Shown: positions 50,970-59,771, counted from the stretch's first letter. The stretch: DNA of 64,000 bases from Deltaproteobacteria bacterium (GCA_038133845.1 JAYPUA010000003.1:58444-122443); one strand, 5' to 3'. Translations and numbers: made by a program. Notes: generated by a model from the sequence alone, not told the origin.

Positions 50970-51989
50970 TTACTCGCCGCGTTCGGCACGTATGCGGGCA
51001 GAGCGCTCGTCGATGTAGCGCTGAAACTCGGGCTGCTGCTCATAGTCCCTCTGGAGGACGTACTCCAGCGCTGCCTGGACGTGAAAGCCGCGCAGGTAGC
51101 TGTCCATCCGGAAGGTCTCTGTGCGCTCTCCGGCAGCATAGAGGAGGATGGTCGGAAAGTAGTTGAGTTTCAGCCCAGACACCCAGTCTCGAACAGACGT
51201 CCTCGTTCCATCCGGAAGGGTGAGCGCTTCCGAGGACAGCGCGTCGTAGCGAGTCACACGGTACTTTTTCAGCAGCTCATAGCTCCCCTTCTGGCTGAAA
51301 GCTCCTTGCTGCATGCGCAGGCAGTCGTCGCAGCTTCGGGTCTCGAGAAAGACCGCGAGCGGCTGCTCTCCGACCCACTGATCCAGCCGGGTGGTCTGTT
51401 CAAAGAAGGGCTGGGGGTAAAGCTCCCCCTGGGGCAGGCGGTAGGCCTGTAGTGCGTCCTCTTCCACTCCGGCCACCTGTCCCAGTAGCCGCAGAAACGG
51501 CTTCGGAGGGCGGTAGCCGTTGAGTCGGGCCTTCGGATTCTCCAGATCTGGCGAGTCCAGCACAATCAGGGTCGGGGTGTACTGGACCTTCAGATGGATG
51601 GCAAACTCCTTCTCGCTCATCGTGCTCCCGTCTGGAAGCGTCACTTCACGGTCTCCACGGAGGTTGAAGGAGACCACATCAAAATGTTCCTGTACAAACC
51701 CTCGGATGTCCGGAGCCGAGAGGTTCTTCTGAGCCATCGCCATGCAGTACGGACACCCCTCTTGCCAAAAGTAGAGGATGAGTTGCTTGCCGGCCTCCTG
51801 AGCCTCCACGACGTCTTCATCGACAATCAGGAAGCTGTCCTTGAACCAGTACGGGTTCTCAAAGGCCGAACCGACCTGCCCCTGGATGAACTCATCCGAT
51901 CCGGAAGAGCCCTGGGCAAAGACGTGCGAGACCGGACCGAAGATCCACAGGCAAAGGAAACCGGCCATCCACCAATTTTTGAAATTCAT
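50970..51989 (-). CDS. Periplasmic protein with two thioredoxin-like domains and two CXXC motifs (GCPYC and SCDDC)
   Basis: Signal peptide MNFKNWWMAGFLCLWIFGPVSHVFA-Q and the Trx-fold consensus around each CXXC. The ORF is open to 52007. Confidence 0.6.
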   Translation of the reverse strand: MNFKNWWMAGFLCLWIFGPVSHVFAQGSSGSDEFIQGQVGSAFENPYWFKDSFLIVDEDVVEAQEAGKQLILYFWQEGCPYCMAMAQKNLSAPDIRGFVQEHFDVVSFNLRGDREVTLPDGSTMSEKEFAIHLKVQYTPTLIVLDSPDLENPKARLNGYRPPKPFLRLLGQVAGVEEDALQAYRLPQGELYPQPFFEQTTRLDQWVGEQPLAVFLETRSCDDCLRMQQGAFSQKGSYELLKKYRVTRYDALSSEALTLPDGTRTSVRDWVSGLKLNYFPTILLYAAGERTETFRMDSYLRGFHVQAALEYVLQRDYEQQPEFQRYIDERSARIRAERGE

Positions 51990-52158
51990 ACCATTGCACC
52001 AGATCAAGACGTTTTACAAGCCACCTGCGAGACGCAGGGTGCTTCAAATTGGTCTGTTTTGCCCGGAGGGGCAATGCAAAAATGAGGAGAGTTCCGGGGA
52101 GAGTGGAAGCCCGGAGGAAGAAGGCTGAATCGGCTCCTCCGGGGAGACGAGATCACCC

Positions 52159-52309
52159 TCAGCTGTGGGTGCGTCGGTGCGGGCGCTTCTTCCAGGCATA
52201 GAAGGCAGCCTCGGCATCTGCCGGATCACGGTACTCTGTGCGGAAGTAGTTTTTCATGGTCAGGTCAGCGCTGCTGCTGGCCCCAAACCAATCCCAGATT
52301 TTGCTCATG
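52159..52309 (-). CDS. Very small ORF (49 aa; MSKIWDWFGASSSADLTMKNYFRTEYRDPADAEAAFYAWKKRPHRRTHS), not in the supplied track
   Basis: Found by manual translation. There is no convincing ribosome-binding site. It lies next to an AT-rich island. Confidence 0.2.
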
Positions 52310-52422
52310 TCAGCTCTTTGGTCTAAAGGAGAAAAGTGAGCGGAGGCCTTGCGGAGAAGGCTCTCTTGCTCGTGATTACTAAATCAATTTAGCATCCTGA
52401 ATCTAGGCGATCAAGCATAAAA

Positions 52423-52447
52423 TTGTAAATAAAATTGTTATTTACAA
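52423..52447. promoter_or_regulatory. Inverted repeat TTGTAAATAA-aattg-TTATTTACAA inside a ~110-bp AT-rich island upstream of the dapF-like gene
   Basis: 10-bp perfect arms. The region 52380..52490 is below ~25% GC in a ~62% GC genome. Confidence 0.35.
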
Positions 52448-52566
52448 ATTTTAACATATATATTTCATTTTCAACGAAATCATGTTGGAATGCTCCTCGG
52501 TTGCGCGCACGCCTGAAAGTCTCCGGAGAGGCGTGCCCCGATTGAGTTCGTTTCCACGGTTGGAGC

Positions 52567-53403
52567 ATGAGATTTCTGAAGTACCACGCGCTGGGCAACG
52601 ATTACCTGGTGATCGACCCACGCACGGCGGAAGGTCCCCTGAGCCCCCATCAAATTCAGCAGATCTGCCATCCGCACTTCGGGGTCGGCTCGGATGGAAT
52701 CCTCTGGGGCAGCCCGGAGGCAGAGGCCGGGACATTCTCGCTGCGGATTCTCAACCCGGATGGAAGCGAGGCCGAGAAGAGCGGAAACGGCCTGAGAATC
52801 TTTTCTCGCTTCCTCTGGGACGAGGGCGCTGTCGCCGAGGCTCCCTTCTACATTCAGACTCCGGGAGGACGAGTGGAGGCGGTGGTCCGTCCGGACGGGC
52901 GGGAGGTGACTGTGGAGATGGGGCAGGTGAGTTTTTCCAGCGAGCGCATTCCGGTCTCCGGGCCAGCCCGGGAGGTCCTGGAGGAGACGATTGAGGTCGC
53001 GGAGGAGACGCTACGCTACTGTGCAGCAACGATCGGGAACCCTCACTGTGTCGTGCTGCAAAAGGCTTCCGAGGCCGACGCCCGGCGTTGGGGCCCGCTT
53101 CTGGAGCGAGCGGAGCGCTTCCCGAACCGGACCAACGTGCAGTTCCTGGAGGTGCTGAGTCGAGACCGGATCCGGATCCAGATCTGGGAGCGGGGAGCCG
53201 GTTACACGCTGGCCTCCGGAAGCAGTAGCAGCGCCGCCGCCGCAGTGGCTCACCGGATGGGATGGTGCGATTCGGAGATTATGGTAGAGATGCCTGGTGG
53301 CGTGCTGTTCATTTCGATTCTCCCGGATTTCTATATTCGCATGCGAGGTCCAGTGACTCGGATTGCCGAGGGAAAACTTTCCTCGGAAATCTGGAAATCC
53401 TGA
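52567..53403 (+). CDS. Diaminopimelate-epimerase-family protein in which both catalytic cysteines are replaced by serine (S72 and S217)
   Basis: Collinear with DapF: LGNDYLVID, NPDGSEAEK-S-GNG versus E. coli ...AQ-C-GNG, IGNPHCVV, and WERGAGYTLA-S-GSSSSAA versus ...QA-C-GSGACAA. Confidence 0.8.
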   Translation: MRFLKYHALGNDYLVIDPRTAEGPLSPHQIQQICHPHFGVGSDGILWGSPEAEAGTFSLRILNPDGSEAEKSGNGLRIFSRFLWDEGAVAEAPFYIQTPGGRVEAVVRPDGREVTVEMGQVSFSSERIPVSGPAREVLEETIEVAEETLRYCAATIGNPHCVVLQKASEADARRWGPLLERAERFPNRTNVQFLEVLSRDRIRIQIWERGAGYTLASGSSSSAAAAVAHRMGWCDSEIMVEMPGGVLFISILPDFYIRMRGPVTRIAEGKLSSEIWKS

Positions 53404-53687
53404 AATTTCAAGAAACTAGCAACATTTCTCAGAGGGAGGCCTCCGGAGAGGGTAGGTCAGTGGCATGAAATTGGAAAGTATGGGATCAATGACTTCGTCC
53501 TCGTCGAGCCGTTCGATTCAGGAAGAAACTGCGGTTCACCCGGCAGGCGAAGGAGCTTTTGGGAGGTTTATATTCCGCTTCGTTCTTGGAAGAGCGCGGG
53601 CACACTCAAACCATCACTGTTTCAATGGTTCCCCTTATGCACACCCAGAGTCGGCATGTCGATCTGCTCAGCAGCCGCAACAAAGAG

Positions 53688-53867
53688 ATGGAGTTCGAAA
53701 AGGAAGAAAACTACATGATCCTCTGGAGCTACATTCGCCGCCGCTACCCGGGAATGGACCTGGAGTCCAAATCCTTCACCGACCTCGTTCAACTCAAGGT
53801 CAGCCTGGAAGGTCCTCGCAACTTGAGAGAGTGGACCGGAGACATCGCCTCTGTCCGCAAGCACTGA
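53688..53867 (+). CDS. Small hypothetical protein (59 aa), chosen as the high-GC3 3' part of ORF 53559..53867
   Basis: GC3 rises sharply after this ATG. AAAGAG lies upstream as a weak ribosome-binding site. Confidence 0.25.
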   Translation: MEFEKEENYMILWSYIRRRYPGMDLESKSFTDLVQLKVSLEGPRNLREWTGDIASVRKH

Positions 53868-53889
53868 CGCCACCGGCCTTTGAGCAGCG

Positions 53890-55713
53890 ATGAAGGCCGA
53901 CGCGCTCACAGCAGAACTGGAGCAGCGTCTCCGACAGCGCACCATCGGTGCCCAGCACCTCGCTGCTCATGACCAGTCCCGCTCCGGAACCCCTCGGGCG
54001 CTGCATCGCCTGACCTGCTCTCCGGACCTGCCCTCTCCGCTATCCCAACTGCTCCTGCACATGATCCCGGAATTGCTGGGACATGCCGAGGAGCAGGGAT
54101 TCACCCTCCGACACCTCTACTACTCGGTCACCTTTCACACGGCAGAGTCGTTTTTCCACACACAGGGACGCGCCGTTCCGGAGAAACTCAAGTTGCCCAC
54201 CGTGATGTTTCGCCCGGCAACCGACCGTCCGGGGTCGGTCAATGTCCTGCTCCCTGCAGTACTGAAGAGCACCGAGTCGCTGCTGGAGTCCGTCCGCCGC
54301 ATCCTGACCCGCCTGGTCGCCCAGCAGTTTCTGGAAGAGTCCGTGCTGCCTCTGGAGTTCTACCGCACCTCGGTGGTGTCGTCCAGGGATCAGGTGACCA
54401 CCGGTCCGGAGGAGATTCTGGGCCTGATCGCGGCGCTGGAGTTTCCCTCTCCCACGCTGGAGTCCTTGCCTCCGGAGACCTCCGGGAGCCCTTTTCCCGG
54501 GCTGCGGATGAGCCCCCGTCAACAGCAGGCTCAGGCGTGGCGCAAGCGACTGAACTCCGAGCCGGAACCGAACGAGACGCTCTTGGAGTCCCTGGAACTC
54601 ATCTGGGGAGAGTTTCTGGCCGAGTTCGAGCTGCAGCCGGAGAAGTGGAAGCAGTCCCTGGTGGAAGAGGCCTGGAAGCTGGATGCGCAGAACCACCTCC
54701 TGTGGCCTCAGGAACGTCTGGACTTTCAACGCCTTGCCGAACAGCGTCCGGAGCACTTTCTGCGCTCCTTGGGGGTTCGCCTGACAGAGCTGGGAGCACT
54801 GGCGGAGTTTCTGCTGGAGGTCCATGAGAGCGCCGAGAGCCTGGAGGCTCCGGAGCTGCAGTCGGCACTGACCGAGCAGGTACTGGGCAAGATGCACGAG
54901 CTGCAGCGCTCGGAGAAGGCCTGGCCCCACCTGATCCCGGGGGTGCTGGAAGAGAGCGCTCAACGCCGTGCCGAGCAGCGCTTCAAGCTGTGGCTGGTCA
55001 AGCTGGCCCAAGCTCGGAATGTCCCCGGAAAGGAGTGGCAAAAATGGACCCGTCGTGCTCAAAAGACCTGTGAGCAGGCATTTTCCCAGAAGATCTACGA
55101 GGGGCTGTTACGCTTGCGGCGCTTCCTTCAGCAGAAGCAGGAGCAGCCGGAGACACCGCTGCCCCAGGAATTGAGCAAGCTGCAGCACGCGCTCCGGTTT
55201 CGCCTGTCACGCCTGCAGGAGTGGCAGGCCGCGCTGGGTGTAATGGCCGACCTGAGCGAGGCCGACACCTCCCGGACACGGCAGCACTTCCCACTCGAGG
55301 CCTTCCTGCGAGCTTGGACCCACACCCTCTCTGCGTCTCTGATTCTGAGCTACTTTGAGGCTCACCCGGAGGAGCAGACCTTCCTCAATCAACGCTTTCA
55401 GCCACAACGCTACCGCACCTGGCTGGGGCAGGATGCCCTGCGCCGTGTGGAGTCGGGACAGTTGGTGTTCCTGCTCGTCTTGCTGTTTCTCAAGGTGGAG
55501 GAGCGCCTGGAACCCGGTGAACTGCCCGGCTTTCTGCGTGAACTGGCTCTGGAGCCTCGCAACAGCCTGAGGTTCACCCTGCACCAGGTGATCCAGCCTT
55601 TTCCGGAAGACCCGAAGTACGGGCTGGAATATCGCCTCAAAAAGTTGGACAATTATGCCGATGCCTTGGTTCAGGCCCATCTCAAACGGCTTCAGGAGAA
55701 AATTCCGGAATGA
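53890..55713 (+). CDS. Large (607 aa) predicted all-alpha hypothetical protein, Leu/Glu/Arg/Gln-rich, with no recognisable domain
   Basis: Long ORF with coding-like composition, translationally coupled (ATGA) to the downstream lipoprotein gene. Confidence 0.55.
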   Translation: MKADALTAELEQRLRQRTIGAQHLAAHDQSRSGTPRALHRLTCSPDLPSPLSQLLLHMIPELLGHAEEQGFTLRHLYYSVTFHTAESFFHTQGRAVPEKLKLPTVMFRPATDRPGSVNVLLPAVLKSTESLLESVRRILTRLVAQQFLEESVLPLEFYRTSVVSSRDQVTTGPEEILGLIAALEFPSPTLESLPPETSGSPFPGLRMSPRQQQAQAWRKRLNSEPEPNETLLESLELIWGEFLAEFELQPEKWKQSLVEEAWKLDAQNHLLWPQERLDFQRLAEQRPEHFLRSLGVRLTELGALAEFLLEVHESAESLEAPELQSALTEQVLGKMHELQRSEKAWPHLIPGVLEESAQRRAEQRFKLWLVKLAQARNVPGKEWQKWTRRAQKTCEQAFSQKIYEGLLRLRRFLQQKQEQPETPLPQELSKLQHALRFRLSRLQEWQAALGVMADLSEADTSRTRQHFPLEAFLRAWTHTLSASLILSYFEAHPEEQTFLNQRFQPQRYRTWLGQDALRRVESGQLVFLLVLLFLKVEERLEPGELPGFLRELALEPRNSLRFTLHQVIQPFPEDPKYGLEYRLKKLDNYADALVQAHLKRLQEKIPE

Positions 55714-56123
55714 GCGTAGCAACACGCCACCTCATCATTGCGACCTGTGGATTGGGAATGCTCTTGCTCGGCGGGTGTGCCGGCAAGCCCGTCGCCCCTC
55801 CCAAAGTGCCCCTCTACGAGCGCTTGGGTGGGGAGGAGACGCTGGTGGCGCTCTCCCTACAGGTCAGTCGTGACGACCGCTTGGCCGAGATGGTCAACCG
55901 TCGCGGAGAACGGTTCTTCCGGATGCGGCTTCACGATCACCTGTGCATCGCCGCTTCCGGGCCATGCGAACCGGTCGGCACAGAGACCTTCCAGCGTGAG
56001 TTTGCTCTTGGAGAGACAGAGGCACGGACCCTGCGTCGGGTCATGGCAGAGGAGTTGGAGCGCTTGGAGGTGCAGAGTCCGGAGGCACAGGAACTTCTGC
56101 GCGTCTCCGGACTGCCAAACTGA
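55710..56123 (+). CDS. Lipoprotein with a truncated-haemoglobin-like (group-1 trHb) signature but no obvious proximal His
   Basis: Lipobox LLLGGC. LYERLGGEETLVAL... resembles the trHb IYDKIGG motif, and IAASGPCEPVGT resembles the trHb AAALGGPEPYTG motif. Confidence 0.45.
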   Translation: MSVATRHLIIATCGLGMLLLGGCAGKPVAPPKVPLYERLGGEETLVALSLQVSRDDRLAEMVNRRGERFFRMRLHDHLCIAASGPCEPVGTETFQREFALGETEARTLRRVMAEELERLEVQSPEAQELLRVSGLPN

Positions 56124-56313
56124 ACCCGACCCCGTTGCCTGAGCAGCTCAGGAGCAGCGGGGAGGTTGCTTTCCGTCTTGGGAGGATGGCGTCGAACCTC
56201 GACGCGGATCAGGGACCATTCAGGTCGGGACCCCCATCTTGGGCAAGATCCAGCGCTGAAGCAGAAACCAGAGGATGTAGAATCCGATAAAGAGTCCGAG
56301 TTCCCAAGTCATC

Positions 56314-56760
56314 TTATGCCGGTGCCGTACGGAAGATCAGGGACTTCACATGGTCTGCGGCATACATTCCCACCGACATCATCACCAGAAAGACCAGCAC
56401 GTTGGGACTGAGCGTGGTCAGCGAAGTCAACGCAGGGCCCGGACAAAACCCTCCGAGTCCCCAGCCAATGCCAAACAGCGCCGACCCAACGATCAGGGGA
56501 GAGTCCATGTCCCGACGAGTAGGCACGGTAAATTTCACCGCAAAGAGCGGTCCGGGACGCTGCATGATCAGCTTGAACAGCAGACCATAGGTGACAACGC
56601 CCCCGCCCATGACAAAGATCAGGCTGGGATCCCAGTTCCCAAACAGGTCCAGAAATCCAACAACCTTAGCCGGCTGGGTCATGCCGCTGATTACCAGGCC
56701 GACCCCAAAGAGCAGTCCGGAGAGGAAGCTGGCGATGTTGAAGTTTTGCTGCTGATTCAT
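56314..56760 (-). CDS. YeeE/YedE-family (DUF395) sulfur-compound transporter half-protein with the GGFCPG motif
   Basis: MNQQQNF... with four TM helices and GWGLGGFCPGPA. The ORF is open to 56880; this start overlaps the upstream gene's stop. Confidence 0.75.
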   Translation of the reverse strand: MNQQQNFNIASFLSGLLFGVGLVISGMTQPAKVVGFLDLFGNWDPSLIFVMGGGVVTYGLLFKLIMQRPGPLFAVKFTVPTRRDMDSPLIVGSALFGIGWGLGGFCPGPALTSLTTLSPNVLVFLVMMSVGMYAADHVKSLIFRTAPA

Positions 56761-57179
56761 TGCGCCACGCCTCCTACGAGCCAGACGGTGAGAATGCCGG
56801 TTGCCATGAAGGTTCCGGTGGCGACCAGGGAGCGAGGGGCCATCCGGCTTACGCCGCAGACTCCGTGTCCGCTGGTGCACCCACTGCCAATGCGAGTTCC
56901 GATCCCTACCAACAGCCCGGCCAACCCGGCCAGGTAGACTGGACGCCCGGAGACGTCCGCGAAGGACTCTGGAGTCATGAAGAGCATGAGCAACCCGCCT
57001 CCAACGATCCCGCCAACGAAGGCCGCTCGCCAGACGAAGTCACCACTTGCGGGCTTGATGACCCCTTCAAAGATTCCGGAAATTCCGGCGATTCGGCCAT
57101 TGAAATACATCATCATGGCCGATGCGATTCCGATGAGCACCCCTCCTACGAGAGGCCCCACCACGCTAAATTCCTGCAT
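56757..57179 (-). CDS. YeeE/YedE-family (DUF395) transporter half-protein with the GSGCTSGHGVCG motif
   Basis: ATG at 57177..57179 preceded by AAGGAAG. Contains IGTRIGSGCTSGHGVCG. Confidence 0.75.
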   Translation of the reverse strand: MQEFSVVGPLVGGVLIGIASAMMMYFNGRIAGISGIFEGVIKPASGDFVWRAAFVGGIVGGGLLMLFMTPESFADVSGRPVYLAGLAGLLVGIGTRIGSGCTSGHGVCGVSRMAPRSLVATGTFMATGILTVWLVGGVAQ

Positions 57180-57232
57180 TTGCTTCCTTTGAGCATTTTG
57201 GATTGAGGAAAGAGAAACCGGAGTCCAAACGC

Positions 57233-57583
57233 CTACTGGCCGGGACCACAATAAATGTCCTTGACCAGCTCAAACAGTTCAACCATCCGCTCATCTGCAA
57301 AGCGGTAGATGGAGTAGTTGGCCTCACGCCGGCAATCAACGATGCCGCGGTTGCGCAACTGTCCAAGGTGCTGCGAGAGGGTGGTTTGCAACAGCCCTGT
57401 ATAGAACTCAAGGTTCTGCACCGTCTGCTCTCCCATCCGCAGGGCGCACAGGATCTTCAAACGGGCCGGGTGAGCCATCACTTTCAGGCTCTGAGCCGCT
57501 CGGTTGAGGTTGGCTTCCTGCGAGCCAAACATCTGGCTCAGCTCTTCCTGGAGCGCGTCACAGCGCGGTACGGGTGCGTTCAT
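57233..57583 (-). CDS. ArsR/SmtB-family metalloregulatory transcriptional repressor
   Basis: HTH AHPARLKILCAL...QTVQNLEFYTGLLQTTLSQHL. Confidence 0.85.
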   Translation of the reverse strand: MNAPVPRCDALQEELSQMFGSQEANLNRAAQSLKVMAHPARLKILCALRMGEQTVQNLEFYTGLLQTTLSQHLGQLRNRGIVDCRREANYSIYRFADERMVELFELVKDIYCGPGQ

Positions 57584-57603
57584 AAGAGACTCCTCCTTTT
57601 TGT

Positions 57604-57634
57604 ATATTTGAATAGTTAAATATTATTTAGTCAA
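57604..57634 (-). promoter_or_regulatory. Candidate promoter and operator of the ArsR-YeeE/YedE operon: TTGACT-17-TCAAAT, with the AT-rich imperfect inverted repeat ATATTTgaatagttAAATAT overlapping the -10
   Basis: The -35 TTGACT is the reverse complement of 57629..57634. The inverted repeat is at 57604..57623. Confidence 0.35.
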
Positions 57635-57782
57635 GCCCGAACATTTTGCCGGGGTCGTTCTGGAGTTTCCGACCGATTTCCTGCAACATGGAAAGCCGTG
57701 ATCCACAAAAAGCCGAACTCCGTACTCGGGGAGGCACTCGTTTGTGGGCCTGTTCTGGTGATGTCTGTAGCGGAGATGACAC

Positions 57783-58721
57783 ATGATCCTTTCTTGTGGG
57801 GAAGCCCTGATCGACTTTGTTCCCCGACACCTGTCGGACGGAGCCACGGCATTTCGTCCCTGTCCGGGAGGTTCTCCCATGAACACAGCCGTGGCGCTGG
57901 GACGGCTGGAGGTTTCGGTGGGGTTTTTGACCCAGGTCTCCCGGGACTTCTTTGGCGACCTGCTGATCGAGCACATGCGCGAAAGCAAGGTGGAGGTCGG
58001 CCTGATCTCTCGCACGGACCTGCCGACGACTCTGGCCTTTGTCAGCGCGCCTCAGGGAGAAGACGTCCGTTATGCGTTCTACAACCAGACCACTGCAGAT
58101 TTTTCATTTGCCCCGGAAAGCCTCCCCGACAGCCTCCCAGAGTCCGTCACCGCCTTGCAGTTTGGCTCGATCTCCCTGACCGGAGAGCCCTGCGCCACCG
58201 CATGGGAGACCTTGATTTTCCGTGAATCGTCGAGGCGCTGCCTCTCGCTGGATCCAAACATCCGCCCCAGCCTGATTCCGGACCGCTCCCGCTACTTGGA
58301 GCGCCTGGAGCGTTGGATCACGCAATGCCACCTAATCAAGGCCAGCAGCGAGGATCTCGAGTGGCTGTATCCGGGACACTCGCTGGAACAGGTCGCTCGG
58401 CATTGGCGCTCTCTGGGGGCTCACCTGGTGTTGATCACCGATGGCGGCAAAGCCTCCCACGCCTTTGGCGACTGCGGCGCCGTGGAGGTCGCGGTACAGC
58501 CGACGCAGGTGGTCGATGCTGTCGGAGCCGGAGACACGTTTCATGCCGCAGTTCTGGCTTGGTTGGAGGAGCGTGGCCAGCTCTCTTCTCAGGGGCTGAA
58601 GCGGTTGACCGTGGAGGAATTGCGGAGTTGCCTCGGATTTGCCAACCGAGTGGCCCGTGTGGTATGCCAGCGCGAAGGAGCCAACCCGCCTTGGCGACAT
58701 GAACTCGAAGAGCCAGCCTGA
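57783..58721 (+). CDS. PfkB-family carbohydrate kinase (fructokinase-like)
   Basis: N-terminal GEALIDF and the C-terminal anion hole DAVGAGDTF. Confidence 0.85.
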   Translation: MILSCGEALIDFVPRHLSDGATAFRPCPGGSPMNTAVALGRLEVSVGFLTQVSRDFFGDLLIEHMRESKVEVGLISRTDLPTTLAFVSAPQGEDVRYAFYNQTTADFSFAPESLPDSLPESVTALQFGSISLTGEPCATAWETLIFRESSRRCLSLDPNIRPSLIPDRSRYLERLERWITQCHLIKASSEDLEWLYPGHSLEQVARHWRSLGAHLVLITDGGKASHAFGDCGAVEVAVQPTQVVDAVGAGDTFHAAVLAWLEERGQLSSQGLKRLTVEELRSCLGFANRVARVVCQREGANPPWRHELEEPA

Positions 58722-58730
58722 CTCAGGCCC

Positions 58731-59612
58731 ATGACGGCTTTTTGCCTGAGCACGCACAGGAACGGGAAGCCTCGGAGGCTGGATCTGGGGACACCCCGCG
58801 TGATGGCGGTGCTGAACGTGACTCCGGACTCCTTCTCTGACGGCGGGCGCTTCCCGGAGGCTCGCCCGGCATGGGAAGAGGCGTTGCGCATGGAAACCTC
58901 CGGGGCCGAAGTGATCGACATTGGCGGAGAATCCAGCGGCCCGGGGAGCCTTGGAGTGACTTTGCAGGAAGAGCTGGATCGCGTGATCCCCGTGGTTCAG
59001 GAGCTGCGAGCCCGCAGCGAGGTCTGGATCTCGGTGGACACGTGGCGAGCCGAGGTCGCCCGGACCGCACTGGAAGCCGGAGCCGACATGGTCAATGACG
59101 TGACGGCGTTGCGCGGAGATCCGCACATGGGTGCCCTGCTGGCCCAATCCTCCTGCCCCGCTGTCTTGATGTACTCAAAAGACCCCTCGGCTCGAACCAC
59201 CCGAGAGAGTCCGGACTATCCGGACGTGGTTGCGCAGGTGCGGACGTTTTTCCAAGAGCGCCTTCAGCTTGCGGCAGAGTTGGGAATTCGCCAAGAGAAC
59301 CTGATGCTGGATCCGGGGCTCGGTTTCTTTGTCAGCGGGAATCCCAGCTTCAGCTTCGAGCTGCTCCGCAGGCTCCCGGAGTTGGCAACCCTGGGGTGCT
59401 CTTTGCTCGTTGGAACCTCCCGGAAGTCCTTTCTTGCAGGAGTGCTTCCGGGACACCACCTTGCCCCCTCCGAACGGCTGGTTCCCAGCCTGACTGCCGC
59501 CCTCTGGGCCTGGCTCCACGGTGCTCAGGTCGTCCGGGTTCATGATGTGGATGAGACCATCCTGATGCGAGCGACCCTCCAAGCCCTCCAAGGCAAAGCC
59601 CCAGCCTTCTGA
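58731..59612 (+). CDS. folP: Dihydropteroate synthase
   Basis: VMAVLNVTPDSFSDGG, DIGGESS and MVNDV. Confidence 0.85.
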   Translation: MTAFCLSTHRNGKPRRLDLGTPRVMAVLNVTPDSFSDGGRFPEARPAWEEALRMETSGAEVIDIGGESSGPGSLGVTLQEELDRVIPVVQELRARSEVWISVDTWRAEVARTALEAGADMVNDVTALRGDPHMGALLAQSSCPAVLMYSKDPSARTTRESPDYPDVVAQVRTFFQERLQLAAELGIRQENLMLDPGLGFFVSGNPSFSFELLRRLPELATLGCSLLVGTSRKSFLAGVLPGHHLAPSERLVPSLTAALWAWLHGAQVVRVHDVDETILMRATLQALQGKAPAF

Positions 59613-59771
59613 AAACTCCACTCAAAACTGCTCGGCCACGTTGGTTTTGAGCAGACCTGAACTCTTCGGCCTCCTCCGCGCAAAGGCCCTGCGCGCGCTC
59701 CAGCATACGCTACAAGCGGACCGCCTCTGCTCGTAGGTCCTCTCTCACTTCACATGACCTCGATTTTTTAT

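Noticed and set aside
53465-53893. 142-aa ORF and the 5' part of ORF 53559..53867 downstream of the dapF-like gene
   Set aside because: The Arg/Ser/Pro-rich translation and low GC3 suggest non-coding sequence. Only the 3' segment from 53688 has coding-like GC3, and even that is low-confidence.
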